A DNA stretch of 64,000 nt from Bacillota bacterium (GCA_030706025.1 JAUZPJ010000001.1:1122-65121); one strand, 5' to 3'; positions 44,502-55,125 are shown, numbered from the stretch's first letter. Notes: generated by a model not told the origin, from the letters alone. Numbers and translations: made by a program.

Positions 44502-44918
44502 ATGACGCGACCTTTAAACTTTGATGAAGAGATAGCTCTAAAACTCTATCACGAACTAAAATCAGACCGTGAAATAGGCGCAGTAGTAGGCAAGAGCTCA
44601 AACACTATCGCATTATGGCGAAACCGAAGAAATCTGCCAAGCCTAACAATTGATAAGCGAACCGGAATGAATTATCAAGTCGGATGTAATTTTCGCAAAG
44701 TCCTAACTCCACAACAAGCTGTAGAAATGGACCGTTTTCTCCAGGCATTATCTTGGGCAGCACGACAGGCCATTGAGGTTGGAGTAAAACCGGACATTAA
44801 TAATTTCATCAATCGTTGGTCTGGCCGAGGAAGGAACGTGGAAGAACAAAAGTTCAAACACAAAATGGTCATGAGAAAGATTAGGGACAGAAAGAAATCG
44901 GTTATTCAAGGAGGATAG
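44502..44918 (+). CDS. HTH-containing hypothetical protein
   Basis: SDREIGAVVGKSSNTIALWR. Confidence 0.55.
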   Translation: MTRPLNFDEEIALKLYHELKSDREIGAVVGKSSNTIALWRNRRNLPSLTIDKRTGMNYQVGCNFRKVLTPQQAVEMDRFLQALSWAARQAIEVGVKPDINNFINRWSGRGRNVEEQKFKHKMVMRKIRDRKKSVIQGG

Positions 44919-44924
44919 ACCCAC

Positions 44925-45863
44925 ATGGGGAAACGCACATATGGAACAATCCTCATCGATAAATTAGCACGAGAAAAAACAAAACCAGAAAAAACTCCAT
45001 GTGTCAGATATTTTATCGATGAAAATGGAGAGGCGATAACCAAGCCAGAGATATTTAATCCTGACAAATCGGCACTCTTGAAGGGTGAAGAATACTGGAA
45101 GGCGGGAGAAAGCTTGAAAGGTAATCCAAACGCGGTTATTAACAAGCCGACTAAGCAACAGTTGGCTGAAGATATTAAAACAATGAGCAATCAGGAAATA
45201 GCTGATAAGTATCAAATGGGAAAATCAACAATTGCTCGTTACCTCAGCGACTATGGCCTTAAACGAGATGAGGAATATTTTAAAAAGTTAAGGTCTGGGG
45301 AGAAGGGCGATTCATCTCCAAAAGTTGAGCATAACGAAATAACCAATTCGTCAACAGAGGGCGTATTAGATGCATCAAGGGGTAGTGTTAATACACCTGA
45401 GTATGATTGTGCCAAAAGGGATAATCAGGAGGTAGAGAAGACTGTTTTAATAACCAAAGAACAGATTAAAGATGAAATTAAGGAACGTAAGTGTTTTGGT
45501 AATTATTCCCTGAACACTGATTGCACAGATTTGGATTGCGATAGGATGGAGGAATGTTACCTCACTGAAAACCCTCCCGAAGAAACTAAGGATGATCTAC
45601 CTTTTACCGATGATACAGAAAAAAATATTCTTAATGGATTAGTTGAATCTGAACCGGCTTGGAATGTTAATGCCAGGAGATACATTCTTGAACCAATCAA
45701 GAAACCTTTCGGCGAGGAATTAAACGATGAGGATATTTGGGCCTACGTTGGTGAGTGCATCGAGGAACTTAGGATTCGGGCTAGGCGAAGGGCTGAAAAA
45801 GAAGTCATGGATAGATTATTGGTCATGACGGGATCATTCTCTATGGAGGAGTTGAGTAAATAA
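44925..45863 (+). CDS. Hypothetical protein with HTH
   Basis: SNQEIADKYQMGKSTIARYL; GGAGG RBS. Confidence 0.5.
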   Translation: MGKRTYGTILIDKLAREKTKPEKTPCVRYFIDENGEAITKPEIFNPDKSALLKGEEYWKAGESLKGNPNAVINKPTKQQLAEDIKTMSNQEIADKYQMGKSTIARYLSDYGLKRDEEYFKKLRSGEKGDSSPKVEHNEITNSSTEGVLDASRGSVNTPEYDCAKRDNQEVEKTVLITKEQIKDEIKERKCFGNYSLNTDCTDLDCDRMEECYLTENPPEETKDDLPFTDDTEKNILNGLVESEPAWNVNARRYILEPIKKPFGEELNDEDIWAYVGECIEELRIRARRRAEKEVMDRLLVMTGSFSMEELSK

Positions 45864-46492
45864 TGGCTTGGCACGATGAATATCCACATTCAGTTTTCGC
45901 CTCTGTTTTACTCCTAGATGGAAAAATAGAAAACTGGAAGATTGGCGGACATCCTAAAAAACATGCTGGCGATTGGAGCAACTTCTGGAAGTTGGATAGG
46001 ATCAATGACTATACCGTGGAACACACGGAGTTCATAGTAAATAACCAGAAGGAACATAATGAATCATTTGAAAGGTTAGCTCCCGAATGGTTTAAGAAAT
46101 GGCAAATAGCAAGTGAATTTATAGGGAGTAAGCCTTATAGGGAAGATGTTAAGAGATTGATAAAGGATGAGATATTGGTGATGGAACCAGGGAGAGAATT
46201 GGATGCGTTAGTAGCCGAAAAGGTTATGGAATGGGAACTTTGGAATAATCAATGGTCGGATAAAGAAAAGAATTTAATTGCTCCGTCTGACCTATGGAGT
46301 CCGTCAACCGACATATCAGCAGCATGGGAAGTAGTTAAAAAGTTAACCGAACTAGGAAAGACGGTAGAGATTAATGCTTTCGCTTCTGGAAGAGTTGTAG
46401 TACGTGTTATAGGTAAATTCCAAAAGGATGTTTTTAATTCCGCACCAGAGGCAATCTGCAAAGCCGCATTGTTGGCCGTGGGGGTGATATAG
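45863..46492 (+). CDS. Phage ABA-sandwich-domain protein
   Basis: RELDALVAEKVM...STDISAAWEVV...APEAICKAAL. Confidence 0.7.
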   Translation: MAWHDEYPHSVFASVLLLDGKIENWKIGGHPKKHAGDWSNFWKLDRINDYTVEHTEFIVNNQKEHNESFERLAPEWFKKWQIASEFIGSKPYREDVKRLIKDEILVMEPGRELDALVAEKVMEWELWNNQWSDKEKNLIAPSDLWSPSTDISAAWEVVKKLTELGKTVEINAFASGRVVVRVIGKFQKDVFNSAPEAICKAALLAVGVI

Positions 46493-46494
46493 CG

Positions 46495-47031
46495 GTGATA
46501 ATCATCGGTATTGATCCTAGCCTTACATCTACAGGAATTTGCGTAATGAGTGAACATGGTCAAGTTATTGAGTCTCAAGCTATTCAGCCAAAAAATAAAG
46601 GACCAGAGAGGTTGGCGTTATTTAGGCAATCACTTGTAAATCTAATATCCCTAAGAAGCAATGTTCATGCCTTTATTGAAGGGTATGCTTTCGGGGCTAA
46701 TAACCAAAGAGAAGCATTAGGGGAATTAGGTGGGGTTTTGAGATTAACGCTATATGATCAAAATGCAAACATGGTAATAATTCAGCCTACAGCACTAAAG
46801 AAATTCGCAACAGGAAAAGGAAATGCTGACAAAATCGCTATGGCTGTAGCTCTCGAAAAGCAGTTTCAACTTGAATATCCAACTTCAGACCAAACAGATG
46901 CTTTTTGGTTAGCAACATTTGGTAGATCCTACCTTGGATTAATGCCAAATCTTGCTAAGGAACGATTGGAAATTATCGATGGCATAAAGAATCCAAAAGT
47001 TAAGAAAAAGAAGGCGAAAAAAGATGAATGA
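46495..47031 (+). CDS. RuvC-like Holliday junction resolvase
   Basis: IIGIDPSLTSTG, IEGYAF, LKKFATGKGNADK, DQTDA. Confidence 0.88.
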   Translation: MIIIGIDPSLTSTGICVMSEHGQVIESQAIQPKNKGPERLALFRQSLVNLISLRSNVHAFIEGYAFGANNQREALGELGGVLRLTLYDQNANMVIIQPTALKKFATGKGNADKIAMAVALEKQFQLEYPTSDQTDAFWLATFGRSYLGLMPNLAKERLEIIDGIKNPKVKKKKAKKDE

Positions 47032-47135
47032 GCCAAAGAAAATTAAAAACTGCACGAATTGTCCGGCTAAATATATGCATGTAACTGAAAGACCATGTCG
47101 TAATTGCAAGCCTTGTGGTAAGGGGGTAGCGACGA

Positions 47136-47666
47136 ATGGATAAGAGTTGTTTAAATTGTAAAAATATAGATTCCAAAGAATGCCCAGAATGCTTTAAACA
47201 AGATGATTACATTAACTGGGATCTTAAAATAAATCCTATTCCCGTCAAGCTCATAAACACCGATGATCCTCAATTCATGCCATCACGGAAACATCCTGAA
47301 GATGCAGGCGCGGACTTGCGGGCTAGAATTGACCATAACATTGTCCTGTTTCCCAATGACAGCGCCAAAATTCCAACAGGCATAGCAATGGAAATACCGT
47401 CAGGATATCTCGGAGATATTCGACCAAGATCAGGCGCAGCTCACGAAGGGAAATTAACCATTTCTGGAACTATAGACAGTAATTATCGTGGGGAAATATC
47501 TCTGAATGTTGTAAATATCACTAGCAAGACGATAACGATTGTACCTGGTGAACGATTAGCGCAGATTGTTATTTTACCTTATCTTGTGGCTGATTTTGAG
47601 CAAGTGGATGAACTTAGCGAGAGTGATCGAGGAACAAATGGATTCGGATCGACGGGGAGGGTTTAG
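47136..47666 (+). CDS. dut: Trimeric dUTPase
   Basis: AGADL, PRSG, GTIDSNYRGEI, ERLAQ, RGTNGFGSTG. Confidence 0.95.
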   Translation: MDKSCLNCKNIDSKECPECFKQDDYINWDLKINPIPVKLINTDDPQFMPSRKHPEDAGADLRARIDHNIVLFPNDSAKIPTGIAMEIPSGYLGDIRPRSGAAHEGKLTISGTIDSNYRGEISLNVVNITSKTITIVPGERLAQIVILPYLVADFEQVDELSESDRGTNGFGSTGRV

Positions 47667-47873
47667 GGTGGAAGTTGAGATAATTTTTAAAGATGCGTCA
47701 AAACCGAAGAAAATTGAAAATGTAAGTGATATTTATACCAAAGGAGAAATGATCTGCGTAAGAGTAGGGGATTTTATATTCAAGTATCCACTCATGAATA
47801 TCTTTAGTATTTGTCATAAGCATGGATTTCACTGGGGAAGTAAAGCTCACCAAAGTGAATTGGGAGGAAAACA

Positions 47874-48203
47874 ATGAAAAACCTTAATGACTTAAATCAT
47901 TTGCGGATTATCGATGATGGCGACGAATATAACGGAGCCTTTGAAGTAAAAATCAAAGGAGAAAAATACTTTGTTATAGTAAGCAACGGTCTGGATTGGG
48001 AACATGTCTCTGTTTCGAGTAAGCACAAAATACCGAGTTGGACGACCATGAACACCATCAAAGATATGTTCTTTCATGAGAATGAGGCAGTAATTCAAAT
48101 TCATCCCCCAAAAAGTGATTATGTCAATGTTCATAAAAACTGTTTGCATTTATGGAGGCCGTTAGGTGCCGAAATGCCTTTACCGCCTAAGATTTGCGTA
48201 TAA
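47874..48203 (+). CDS. Conserved phage protein (WEHVSVS family)
   Basis: DWEHVSVS..PSW..M..IKDMFF..HPPKSDYVNVH.NCLHLW. Confidence 0.7.
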   Translation: MKNLNDLNHLRIIDDGDEYNGAFEVKIKGEKYFVIVSNGLDWEHVSVSSKHKIPSWTTMNTIKDMFFHENEAVIQIHPPKSDYVNVHKNCLHLWRPLGAEMPLPPKICV

Positions 48204-48219
48204 GGATGGAGGGTTTGAA

Positions 48220-48642
48220 ATGAAAGCTATATCACTATTACAACCATGGGCTTCACTCATAGCAATTGGAGCCAAAAAGATCGAAACCAGAAGCTGGGCA
48301 ACCAAATATCGAGGACCATTGGCAATACATGCTAGCAAGGGATTTCCAAAATTACTTAGAGAACTATGCAATACTCAACCGTTTAAAGCAATTCTTTCGA
48401 AAGCTGGGTTTGATTCAGATAAGTTACCGCTTGGAAAAATTATTGCGACATGTAATCTCGTCGATTGCATAAAAATGACTCCTGAATTTATCCAGACAGT
48501 GAAGAGTCCTGAGTTGGATTTCGGAGTTTATGCAGTGGGCCGATATGCGTGGATTCTCGAGGATGTTAAGCAATTAGAAAAGCAAATTCCAGCCAAGGGA
48601 GCGTTAAGTATTTGGAATTGGGAGGTTTCTAAAAATGTGTGA
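48220..48642 (+). CDS. ASCH-domain protein
   Basis: MKAISLLQPWASLIA.GAK.IETRSW..YRGPLAIHA. Confidence 0.88.
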   Translation: MKAISLLQPWASLIAIGAKKIETRSWATKYRGPLAIHASKGFPKLLRELCNTQPFKAILSKAGFDSDKLPLGKIIATCNLVDCIKMTPEFIQTVKSPELDFGVYAVGRYAWILEDVKQLEKQIPAKGALSIWNWEVSKNV

Positions 48643-48948
48643 TTGCCGTAAATGCAAAGGGCAAGCCTGTCAATGCAAAACCTGCCTATCGAGAGTAGGA
48701 TGCAAATATGTTTATACGGATGATTGTAAGCTGGTTGAGATTGGAGCGTTGAAGGGATGAACGGATTTCATATTTGCCATTCGTGCGGTGAAATGATGCC
48801 GATAAATCATGCTTGTAAAATGAGAATCGAAGAAGATGGCATTATTTCCAGTTATCATATTTCCTGCCCAGAACCTAAAAAATGTCCTGATTGTGGTTAT
48901 CATCGAAATGTTTGCGAAGAATGCTGTGAGCAAGGAGAGTGAGAAAGT

Positions 48949-49395
48949 GTGACTAGGGATGAAATTTTTGCCATGAAACCAGGGAAAGAATTAGATGCGT
49001 TAGTAACTGAGAAGGTTATGGGGATAAGCACTACTGCAAAATGGTGTCGCGATGCTGGTGAGAAAGAGATGTGCTTATGGGATGAAGGAAATTATGAGTT
49101 TGGTTGTGATTATCTAGATAAGCACAAAACGAATACCTTGTGTCCTGTATACCTTAAAGATGAACTAAATAACTACTCAACCAACATATCCGCAGCGTGG
49201 GAAGTAGTGGAGAAGTTATCCGAAATCGATAATGGAGATTTTTCAATAGGCATTTATCAGCGTAAATCATTTAGTCCTTTATGGCGTTGCACTATAACTA
49301 CAGAGGATTGTAAACAACATCCAACGTATGAACCGGCAACAGCACCAGAAGCAATATGCAAGGCCGCATTATTGGCGATGGAGGTTAAGTCATGA
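48949..49395 (+). CDS. Phage ABA-sandwich-domain protein, second copy
   Basis: ELDALVTEKVM...YSTNISAAWEVV...APEAICKAAL. Confidence 0.7.
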   Translation: MTRDEIFAMKPGKELDALVTEKVMGISTTAKWCRDAGEKEMCLWDEGNYEFGCDYLDKHKTNTLCPVYLKDELNNYSTNISAAWEVVEKLSEIDNGDFSIGIYQRKSFSPLWRCTITTEDCKQHPTYEPATAPEAICKAALLAMEVKS

Positions 49396-49664
49396 AAACA
49401 ATCTATGAACTGCGTAAAGAAGGCCGCGAATACTGCCAAACTGAAGGAAGCGAACACTACAAAGCTGTTGACAAGCTTGAACCTATTGACCTTATCATAG
49501 CCAAAGGATTCGCGGAAGACTTCTGCCTATCTAACATAATCAAGTACGCTACTCGATTCAAACAAACTCAAAATCTTAATGATTTAAAGAAAGTCTCTGA
49601 TTATTCGCATATTCTGTGCGGCATAAAACTTCAGGAACTAGGTGAGCAAGATGCAAAAGTGTAA
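49392..49664 (+). CDS. DUF3310-like protein
   Basis: HYK...EPIDLI...FCLSNIIKY..R...DLKK. Confidence 0.75.
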   Translation: MKTIYELRKEGREYCQTEGSEHYKAVDKLEPIDLIIAKGFAEDFCLSNIIKYATRFKQTQNLNDLKKVSDYSHILCGIKLQELGEQDAKV

Positions 49665-49875
49665 TGACAAATTCTGCTCTAATCCCGAAATAAAATCCAT
49701 TAAAGATGCTGAAAAATGTAAAGAAACAATTATGAATAATCATCCTGGATGGAACAAAAGGTGCTTTTATCATCGAGCCGGCGAAGGTTGCCCTGAATGC
49801 GGTGGTCGAGTAATCAGGCAAGGTGGATGTCAAAATTGTGTTTCTCCTTCATGCGCTTGGTCTGTTTGTGGATAA
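49642..49875 (+). CDS. Zn-ribbon hypothetical protein
   Basis: CPECGG..GGCQNC..C.WSVCG. Confidence 0.5.
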   Translation: MSKMQKCNDKFCSNPEIKSIKDAEKCKETIMNNHPGWNKRCFYHRAGEGCPECGGRVIRQGGCQNCVSPSCAWSVCG

Positions 49876-50036
49876 TATGTGGACAAACCTGTGATTAAAA
49901 TTAATAAAGTGAGTGGATAAAACATGTTAATTATTAAATTTATTCTTGACAGTGTAATTTCTGCTTGCGTCGGTTATGCGATATGTTCCTTTATGGTCTG
50001 TGCAAAAGATGCAGATAAAAGGGCAGGGATTGACTA

Positions 50037-50510
50037 ATGGCATATGAATTTTACGTTACACCTACAGAATATACGATAGCTGAAAGTAATGGGATACATC
50101 ATAAACTTGTAGATCAACGTGTCCGTCAATATGGATGGGATAAGGAAAGAGCCATTACTCAACCTCCTAAAGTCGAGAATAAAACAAATAAGAAATGGCT
50201 TAAGGTCGCTGAGAAAAACGGGATTTCTTATAAAACTTTTTTGAGTAGATTAAAAAAAGGATTAAGTCCCGAAGATGCATCGACATTACCGATATATTAC
50301 AGCGATCATAAGCGAAGGTATCCAAAAGAGTACACCGAGAAGGCAAAACAATTAGGCATATACAGGACTTTCATCTGGAGAATGCACAACGATTGGGATA
50401 TCGAGAAAGCTTGCTCAACTCCTGCTATGACAAAACAAGAGGTTGGGAAGATTGCTAAAAGTAAATCAAAGTGGAGGGCAGAGGCCACGTCTAGAAAGCG
50501 AAGGTACTGA
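50037..50510 (+). CDS. Conserved Firmicutes-phage DNA-binding repeat protein
   Basis: Repeated AEKNGI...R...GW..E.A.T.P units. Confidence 0.65.
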   Translation: MAYEFYVTPTEYTIAESNGIHHKLVDQRVRQYGWDKERAITQPPKVENKTNKKWLKVAEKNGISYKTFLSRLKKGLSPEDASTLPIYYSDHKRRYPKEYTEKAKQLGIYRTFIWRMHNDWDIEKACSTPAMTKQEVGKIAKSKSKWRAEATSRKRRY

Positions 50511-50590
50511 TATGAGGATTGATAATTGGGATCTTGCTTTTATATCTACACTTTGGTTTGCAATCGGATTTTTGGCTTGTTTAATGATTT

Positions 50591-51220
50591 TTGGTTAGGG
50601 GGGAAGTAAATTTGGATATTTTTGAATTTGCCAAAATGCTTAATGGCAATGAAATTGGTCACGAGATAAGTACAGTGGACGCTATAAGGGCTAAAGAACT
50701 AGGATTTGTAGTTGTTTTTGGGTATTCAGATGACAATGCAGAATTCCGCGGGGCCATTGACGAAGAAGTTGGATCTTACGATGGTACAACAATTTATCTC
50801 GATGAAAAAGGAATCTTTGAAAAGTGCGATAGTGAATGCTCACATTTCGTATTAGCTAAAGAAAAATGCAAAACAATTGAAGTCGTATGGAATGATGACG
50901 GGGATAAGGGGCCAGCATGGACCTATAAAACGGATATTCCTCATGCGACATTCGATATTATGGAAGATGGAGAAGTTTTCTGCCGTGGAATAGTGTTCGA
51001 AATTAAAAATTTAGGACAATGGGATGGTCCTGCCGAAGTAATGGACGAAAAGATGAAAGAAAACTTATTAAAGCTCTCAAGTTTACTTAAAATCTTCTTT
51101 GAGGCCGGAGCTATTGAAGCAGAATTTGAAGCCTTCACCGGATATGAGGAACCAATAGAAACTATAGAACAGCTTATAGAAGCTATGGAAGTTGAAATGA
51201 GTTATTGGGAAGCTGAATAG
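50591..51220 (+). CDS. Hypothetical phage protein
   Basis: VVVFGYSDD..EFRGAI...WTYKTDIPHATFDI...CRGIVF. Confidence 0.6.
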   Translation: MVRGEVNLDIFEFAKMLNGNEIGHEISTVDAIRAKELGFVVVFGYSDDNAEFRGAIDEEVGSYDGTTIYLDEKGIFEKCDSECSHFVLAKEKCKTIEVVWNDDGDKGPAWTYKTDIPHATFDIMEDGEVFCRGIVFEIKNLGQWDGPAEVMDEKMKENLLKLSSLLKIFFEAGAIEAEFEAFTGYEEPIETIEQLIEAMEVEMSYWEAE

Positions 51221-51237
51221 GAGGTAGCATATGAGCC

Positions 51238-51771
51238 ATGATAAAAGAAAGCCAAAATATACTTGAGGAACGCTTGAAGTTATATAAAAAGCACAAGGCC
51301 GAAGTAATCACCACTCAACAAAGGATATCCGTATGGGAAGAAGCATTAAAGGCAGGGGAGTTGTGGGCATTTGAATATCACACAAGCAAGGTATTAGGAA
51401 TGCCCCACGTTACGACTACTAGCTCTCCTACTGAGTCTATGGCAAGTGATAGAGAAGTAACAGCCGAACTGGTTCAGGAATGGATTGACGAAGATAAATC
51501 AAGAATGAGATATAAAATAGTCGAAATTGAACAGATTGAAGAAGCGTTAAAGGCATTGACAAGAGAACAAAGAACCGTGATAGAGTGTAAGTATTTTGAA
51601 CTAATGACTTGGAAAAACATTGAAATTCAGTTTAATGAGCAACATTCTAGGGGAAGGGTATTTATTCAGACCGATGGTATTAGGAAGATCAACAGTGAAG
51701 CGTTAGAAATCCTTTGGCAAATACTTGGTCCGTTATTTCAGAGATATCTTTACTTCAGGAAGGCAGATTAA
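51238..51771 (+). CDS. ArpU/RinA-family late transcriptional activator
   Basis: Last early gene; IEEALKALT.EQR.VIE.KYF...W sigma4-like C-terminus. Confidence 0.75.
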   Translation: MIKESQNILEERLKLYKKHKAEVITTQQRISVWEEALKAGELWAFEYHTSKVLGMPHVTTTSSPTESMASDREVTAELVQEWIDEDKSRMRYKIVEIEQIEEALKALTREQRTVIECKYFELMTWKNIEIQFNEQHSRGRVFIQTDGIRKINSEALEILWQILGPLFQRYLYFRKAD

Positions 51772-51962
51772 CAATTCTCAGTTTTTTATCAGTATTTTCC
51801 CAGAAAAGTCACAGTTTCAAAGAATTGGACATGCTAAAATGATATCGTGAGAATCTTAAGAGTAGATCACAATTGCTCATCTACCATGTGTAGAAGGAGC
51901 AAAAAATGCGCCTAACAAAATTAGTTGGGCGCATTTGGTATTTTATCAGGGAGTTGATTTGT

Positions 51963-52157
51963 ATGGCTAAAACTTGCAAGGAATTTGTTGAAGCTTACAA
52001 ATCCGAATACATTAATTGTTTCACCTGTAGACATTGGGATCGCGAAGACTTTGCATGCAATGAACCAGGCGAATTAGCCAAGCGAAATAAAGTCAGGGAA
52101 TTCAATGCTTTTGACAAGCAAATGAAGCGCAATAAAAGCGTGATTGGGCCATTGTAG
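51963..52157 (+). CDS. Hypothetical protein
   Basis: GGGGAG RBS before MAKTCKEF; CFTCRHW. Confidence 0.45.
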   Translation: MAKTCKEFVEAYKSEYINCFTCRHWDREDFACNEPGELAKRNKVREFNAFDKQMKRNKSVIGPL

Positions 52158-52193
52158 GCAAAAAAAGACCCGATAGGTTATTCTCCTAACGGG

Positions 52194-53087
52194 TTATTTA
52201 TTATCATTTGGTAAGGGTATGAACTCCCCGACTCGTTTGTTAGTCGGATGGGCGTAAATTGAGGTTGTTTTCAACGACTTATGACCCATATACCAAGACA
52301 CATCCCGAATATCTGCTTTTTGGTCTAGTGCCGTAGTCGCAAAGCTATGTCTCAGAAAATGAGGGGTAGCTTTTTTATTTATTCCTGCTTTCTTAACTCC
52401 GCTCTCGATCCATGTCCTAAGTGTAACGCTTGAAGCTCGTTTTTTGCTTGGGTTTAAAAAGATCGGGGAGTTATCCTGGGGATTAATTTCTTTACCGACG
52501 AAGTTTTTAATTATTTCCCAGACATCCTCCCTTAGTGGTAAAAGTTGATATTCGCCGCCTTTTCTATGGACATTTATGCAAATCGAATTATCAGGCATCT
52601 CAACAAAACTTGACCAACTCAATTCCCATATTTCGGATATCCTCATTCCTGTAGCTACAAGGAGAAGGCCGAGAACATAATGCTTTTCATTCGTTTCCTT
52701 AAGAGCCCTTAATAATTTATCAATTTCCTTCACGGTCAAAAAACGTTCTGCGCTGCGATTTGGGGCCGCCTTTTGTTTCACTACCGCAAAAGGATTTCCT
52801 GTAATTAAGCCGCATTTCATGGCGAAGTCATAGAACTTTTTCAAAGTGGATATTTGACGTTGTGTTGTTGCTTCAGCTTTATTCGATTTCAGGAATTCGC
52901 TGTATTTCAAGGCATCAAAAGGAGTTATCTCACGATATGGCTTGTTTATCCAAGATAGAAAGTATTTTATTGTACTGTGGTAGGTCCTAGATGTTCCAGG
53001 GCTTTCTTGGTTTTTGACAAAGTATTCAACGACTTTGGAAGTTGGCATGATAGCCAGTTTTTGTGATTCCACCGCTAATTCATGCAT
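52194..53087 (-). CDS. XerD-like tyrosine recombinase
   Basis: TGMRISE, RKGG, HFLRHSFAT, MGH..TTSIY. Confidence 0.95.
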   Translation of the reverse strand: MHELAVESQKLAIMPTSKVVEYFVKNQESPGTSRTYHSTIKYFLSWINKPYREITPFDALKYSEFLKSNKAEATTQRQISTLKKFYDFAMKCGLITGNPFAVVKQKAAPNRSAERFLTVKEIDKLLRALKETNEKHYVLGLLLVATGMRISEIWELSWSSFVEMPDNSICINVHRKGGEYQLLPLREDVWEIIKNFVGKEINPQDNSPIFLNPSKKRASSVTLRTWIESGVKKAGINKKATPHFLRHSFATTALDQKADIRDVSWYMGHKSLKTTSIYAHPTNKRVGEFIPLPNDNK

Positions 53088-53347
53088 AGTGATTCCTCCA
53101 ATCTTGGCATGAGATAGTTTTCCAGTGTGGACTTTAACACTAACAGTTTCCCTTCAGTTTCTTCACCGTCAAGATATGTTTCGATGGTACAAATGATTTC
53201 GTTATAATCCGTATCGCTTTTGGCAATTTGGACTTTCAATAAATTTACATGCCCCATAAAGCTAAGAAACGCGCAATACTCTGTATTTTCATTGACCAAG
53301 TAAGCTAGGGCCATAACTTCACTTAATAATTTTACGGGCTTACACAT
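53075..53347 (-). CDS. Hypothetical protein
   Basis: GGAGG RBS. Confidence 0.5.
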   Translation of the reverse strand: MCKPVKLLSEVMALAYLVNENTEYCAFLSFMGHVNLLKVQIAKSDTDYNEIICTIETYLDGEETEGKLLVLKSTLENYLMPRLEESLCMN

Positions 53348-53414
53348 GGTTTATTCCTCCTTTTTGAGAGGCCGCGCTGCTCTCATTTTGTTCATTCCAC
53401 TGCTACGAGCTAGT

Positions 53415-54035
53415 TTAATCCAATAACCAAGTTAACTTCATTGACGGAGCTTCTAAGGTTTGCCCTCCATGCCAGAATCTCCATTCGCCATTATACAAGC
53501 TTGGGGAAAAGGTTGACTCCTCACAATTACGAATGTCATATTCGAGAGAGGCCAGGTTAACAAGTGAATCCTCTTGACTGTAGATTTTACGACCTTCAAC
53601 CATTTTTGATCGTGGAGTGATTCCCTTTTTAACGTTGATATGTTGGATCTTAACTCTGCCGGTCTTAGTAATCGTTAGGACTTTGACCAGGCTTTCACGG
53701 TCCGTATTGTACCAACCTTGCTTTCCAAAGCCTGATTTGAAAATTTGCTTGGCATATTCGGCGGCTGTTAAGCCGTTTTTGTCTGTGGTGGGCTGTGCGG
53801 CTCCAAGGGGCATGAGGTTTTCTATCCTGGTGTCGCCGCCTTTATTGCTCTTGGTCCTGTCTTTCTTCAGTTTGGCAAGGTAGACGGTCGTAAACTCCTT
53901 ATCTTTGCCGTACTGATGATAACCTTCGATCTCATAGATTCCGCGCCATTCCTTGACCTGGCATTGTTGGCCAACTTTCCAACCTTGGACCTCTTTTAGA
54001 TTGGCTTGCTCTAGAGTTAACGGATAGAATGACAT
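53415..54035 (-). CDS. Hypothetical protein
   Basis: AAGGAGG RBS. Confidence 0.55.
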   Translation of the reverse strand: MSFYPLTLEQANLKEVQGWKVGQQCQVKEWRGIYEIEGYHQYGKDKEFTTVYLAKLKKDRTKSNKGGDTRIENLMPLGAAQPTTDKNGLTAAEYAKQIFKSGFGKQGWYNTDRESLVKVLTITKTGRVKIQHINVKKGITPRSKMVEGRKIYSQEDSLVNLASLEYDIRNCEESTFSPSLYNGEWRFWHGGQTLEAPSMKLTWLLD

Positions 54036-54111
54036 TTAATTTTCCTCCTTTTGATTTCTTCATTCGCTCACGCACCCTAAGCAGGATGTATGAGCGAGGG
54101 AAGAACCCCTC

Positions 54112-55029
54112 TTAATATGCTTTGGCTATGCGTTGGGCCGCTTCATTTGCCCTTGAACTTCTGTAACTCTGCCAAGCTCCTATACTTGGGGTCCATCTAA
54201 ATCCATTTTTCTTTAACTCTGTTCTGACTTCGGCATCTGGTTTGCCGGGGAAGAAAATTTGTAGTCTAGCCGCTTCGACATTGTCAACTATGCGGATTCC
54301 CTTGGATTCTGATTCCACTGATTCAATTATGATTTCCGTGTTTCCTTTCGCTCGTTCACGTTCAAGTTTATTTATGCGTTGTTTGGTGTTTCGGATTGTG
54401 GCGTTATTGTTGGTCAAGTGGTACGAGAAGCCTATTCTTCCACAAAAGTCTGGTTGAAGTAGTCCGTGAGCTTTCGCTTCGCCGAAACCAATTGCCTTGA
54501 GCTGTTCAACTTTTTCCTCATCTGTAAGCTTCTTCTTCCTGAGTATAGCGTTAGCAGCTTTCATGGATTCCTGTAGTTTTTCGAGTTCTTCAAGTTTAGC
54601 CTGAAGTTTTTCAATTGCGTTTGCATCGTTTGATCTAATAACCTTGTCACCGGCCACAATTGAAGAGATTTTATATTCAGGGTTCTTGAATTCTTCGTAT
54701 TCTTCCCAAAGCTTACCTTCACGGCTTAAGTATCTTTCATGCGCTCTCATGTTGTAGTTAGCAGGTCCGGCAATCATTACGCTAACATGCTTGGCACCGC
54801 TTGCATTCCTGCGATTGATCCAACTCGCATATCTGGCCTTATAGGATTCAAGAAAGCGATCTAATTTTGCTTTACCTTCTTCGGATACCATCGGTTTTGC
54901 GGCTTCGATTAATTCAGCAATTCTGGCGATTTCTGAGTTATACTCGGCGGTTGCGCTTCCTGGTTTGTAATCACTGAAGCTCATATTTTCTTTGCTTCTG
55001 CGGGCTAATTCCTCGTTAATTACTGACAT
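54112..55029 (-). CDS. DUF3560-like protein (mobile-element early-gene family)
   Basis: SVMIAGPANY, AIEKLQAKL, LTNNNATIR, RLQIFFPGKP..R.ELKKNGFRW.PS.GAWQ. Confidence 0.65.
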   Translation of the reverse strand: MSVINEELARRSKENMSFSDYKPGSATAEYNSEIARIAELIEAAKPMVSEEGKAKLDRFLESYKARYASWINRRNASGAKHVSVMIAGPANYNMRAHERYLSREGKLWEEYEEFKNPEYKISSIVAGDKVIRSNDANAIEKLQAKLEELEKLQESMKAANAILRKKKLTDEEKVEQLKAIGFGEAKAHGLLQPDFCGRIGFSYHLTNNNATIRNTKQRINKLERERAKGNTEIIIESVESESKGIRIVDNVEAARLQIFFPGKPDAEVRTELKKNGFRWTPSIGAWQSYRSSRANEAAQRIAKAY

Positions 55030-55125
55030 TTTACATTCCTTCTTTCTTAGTTTTTAGACTTCGCCCTATCTCCTGCGGTTGAATTACTATTAGGAGCTAG
55101 AGCCAAGGCTAAAAGCCTTGAGGGG

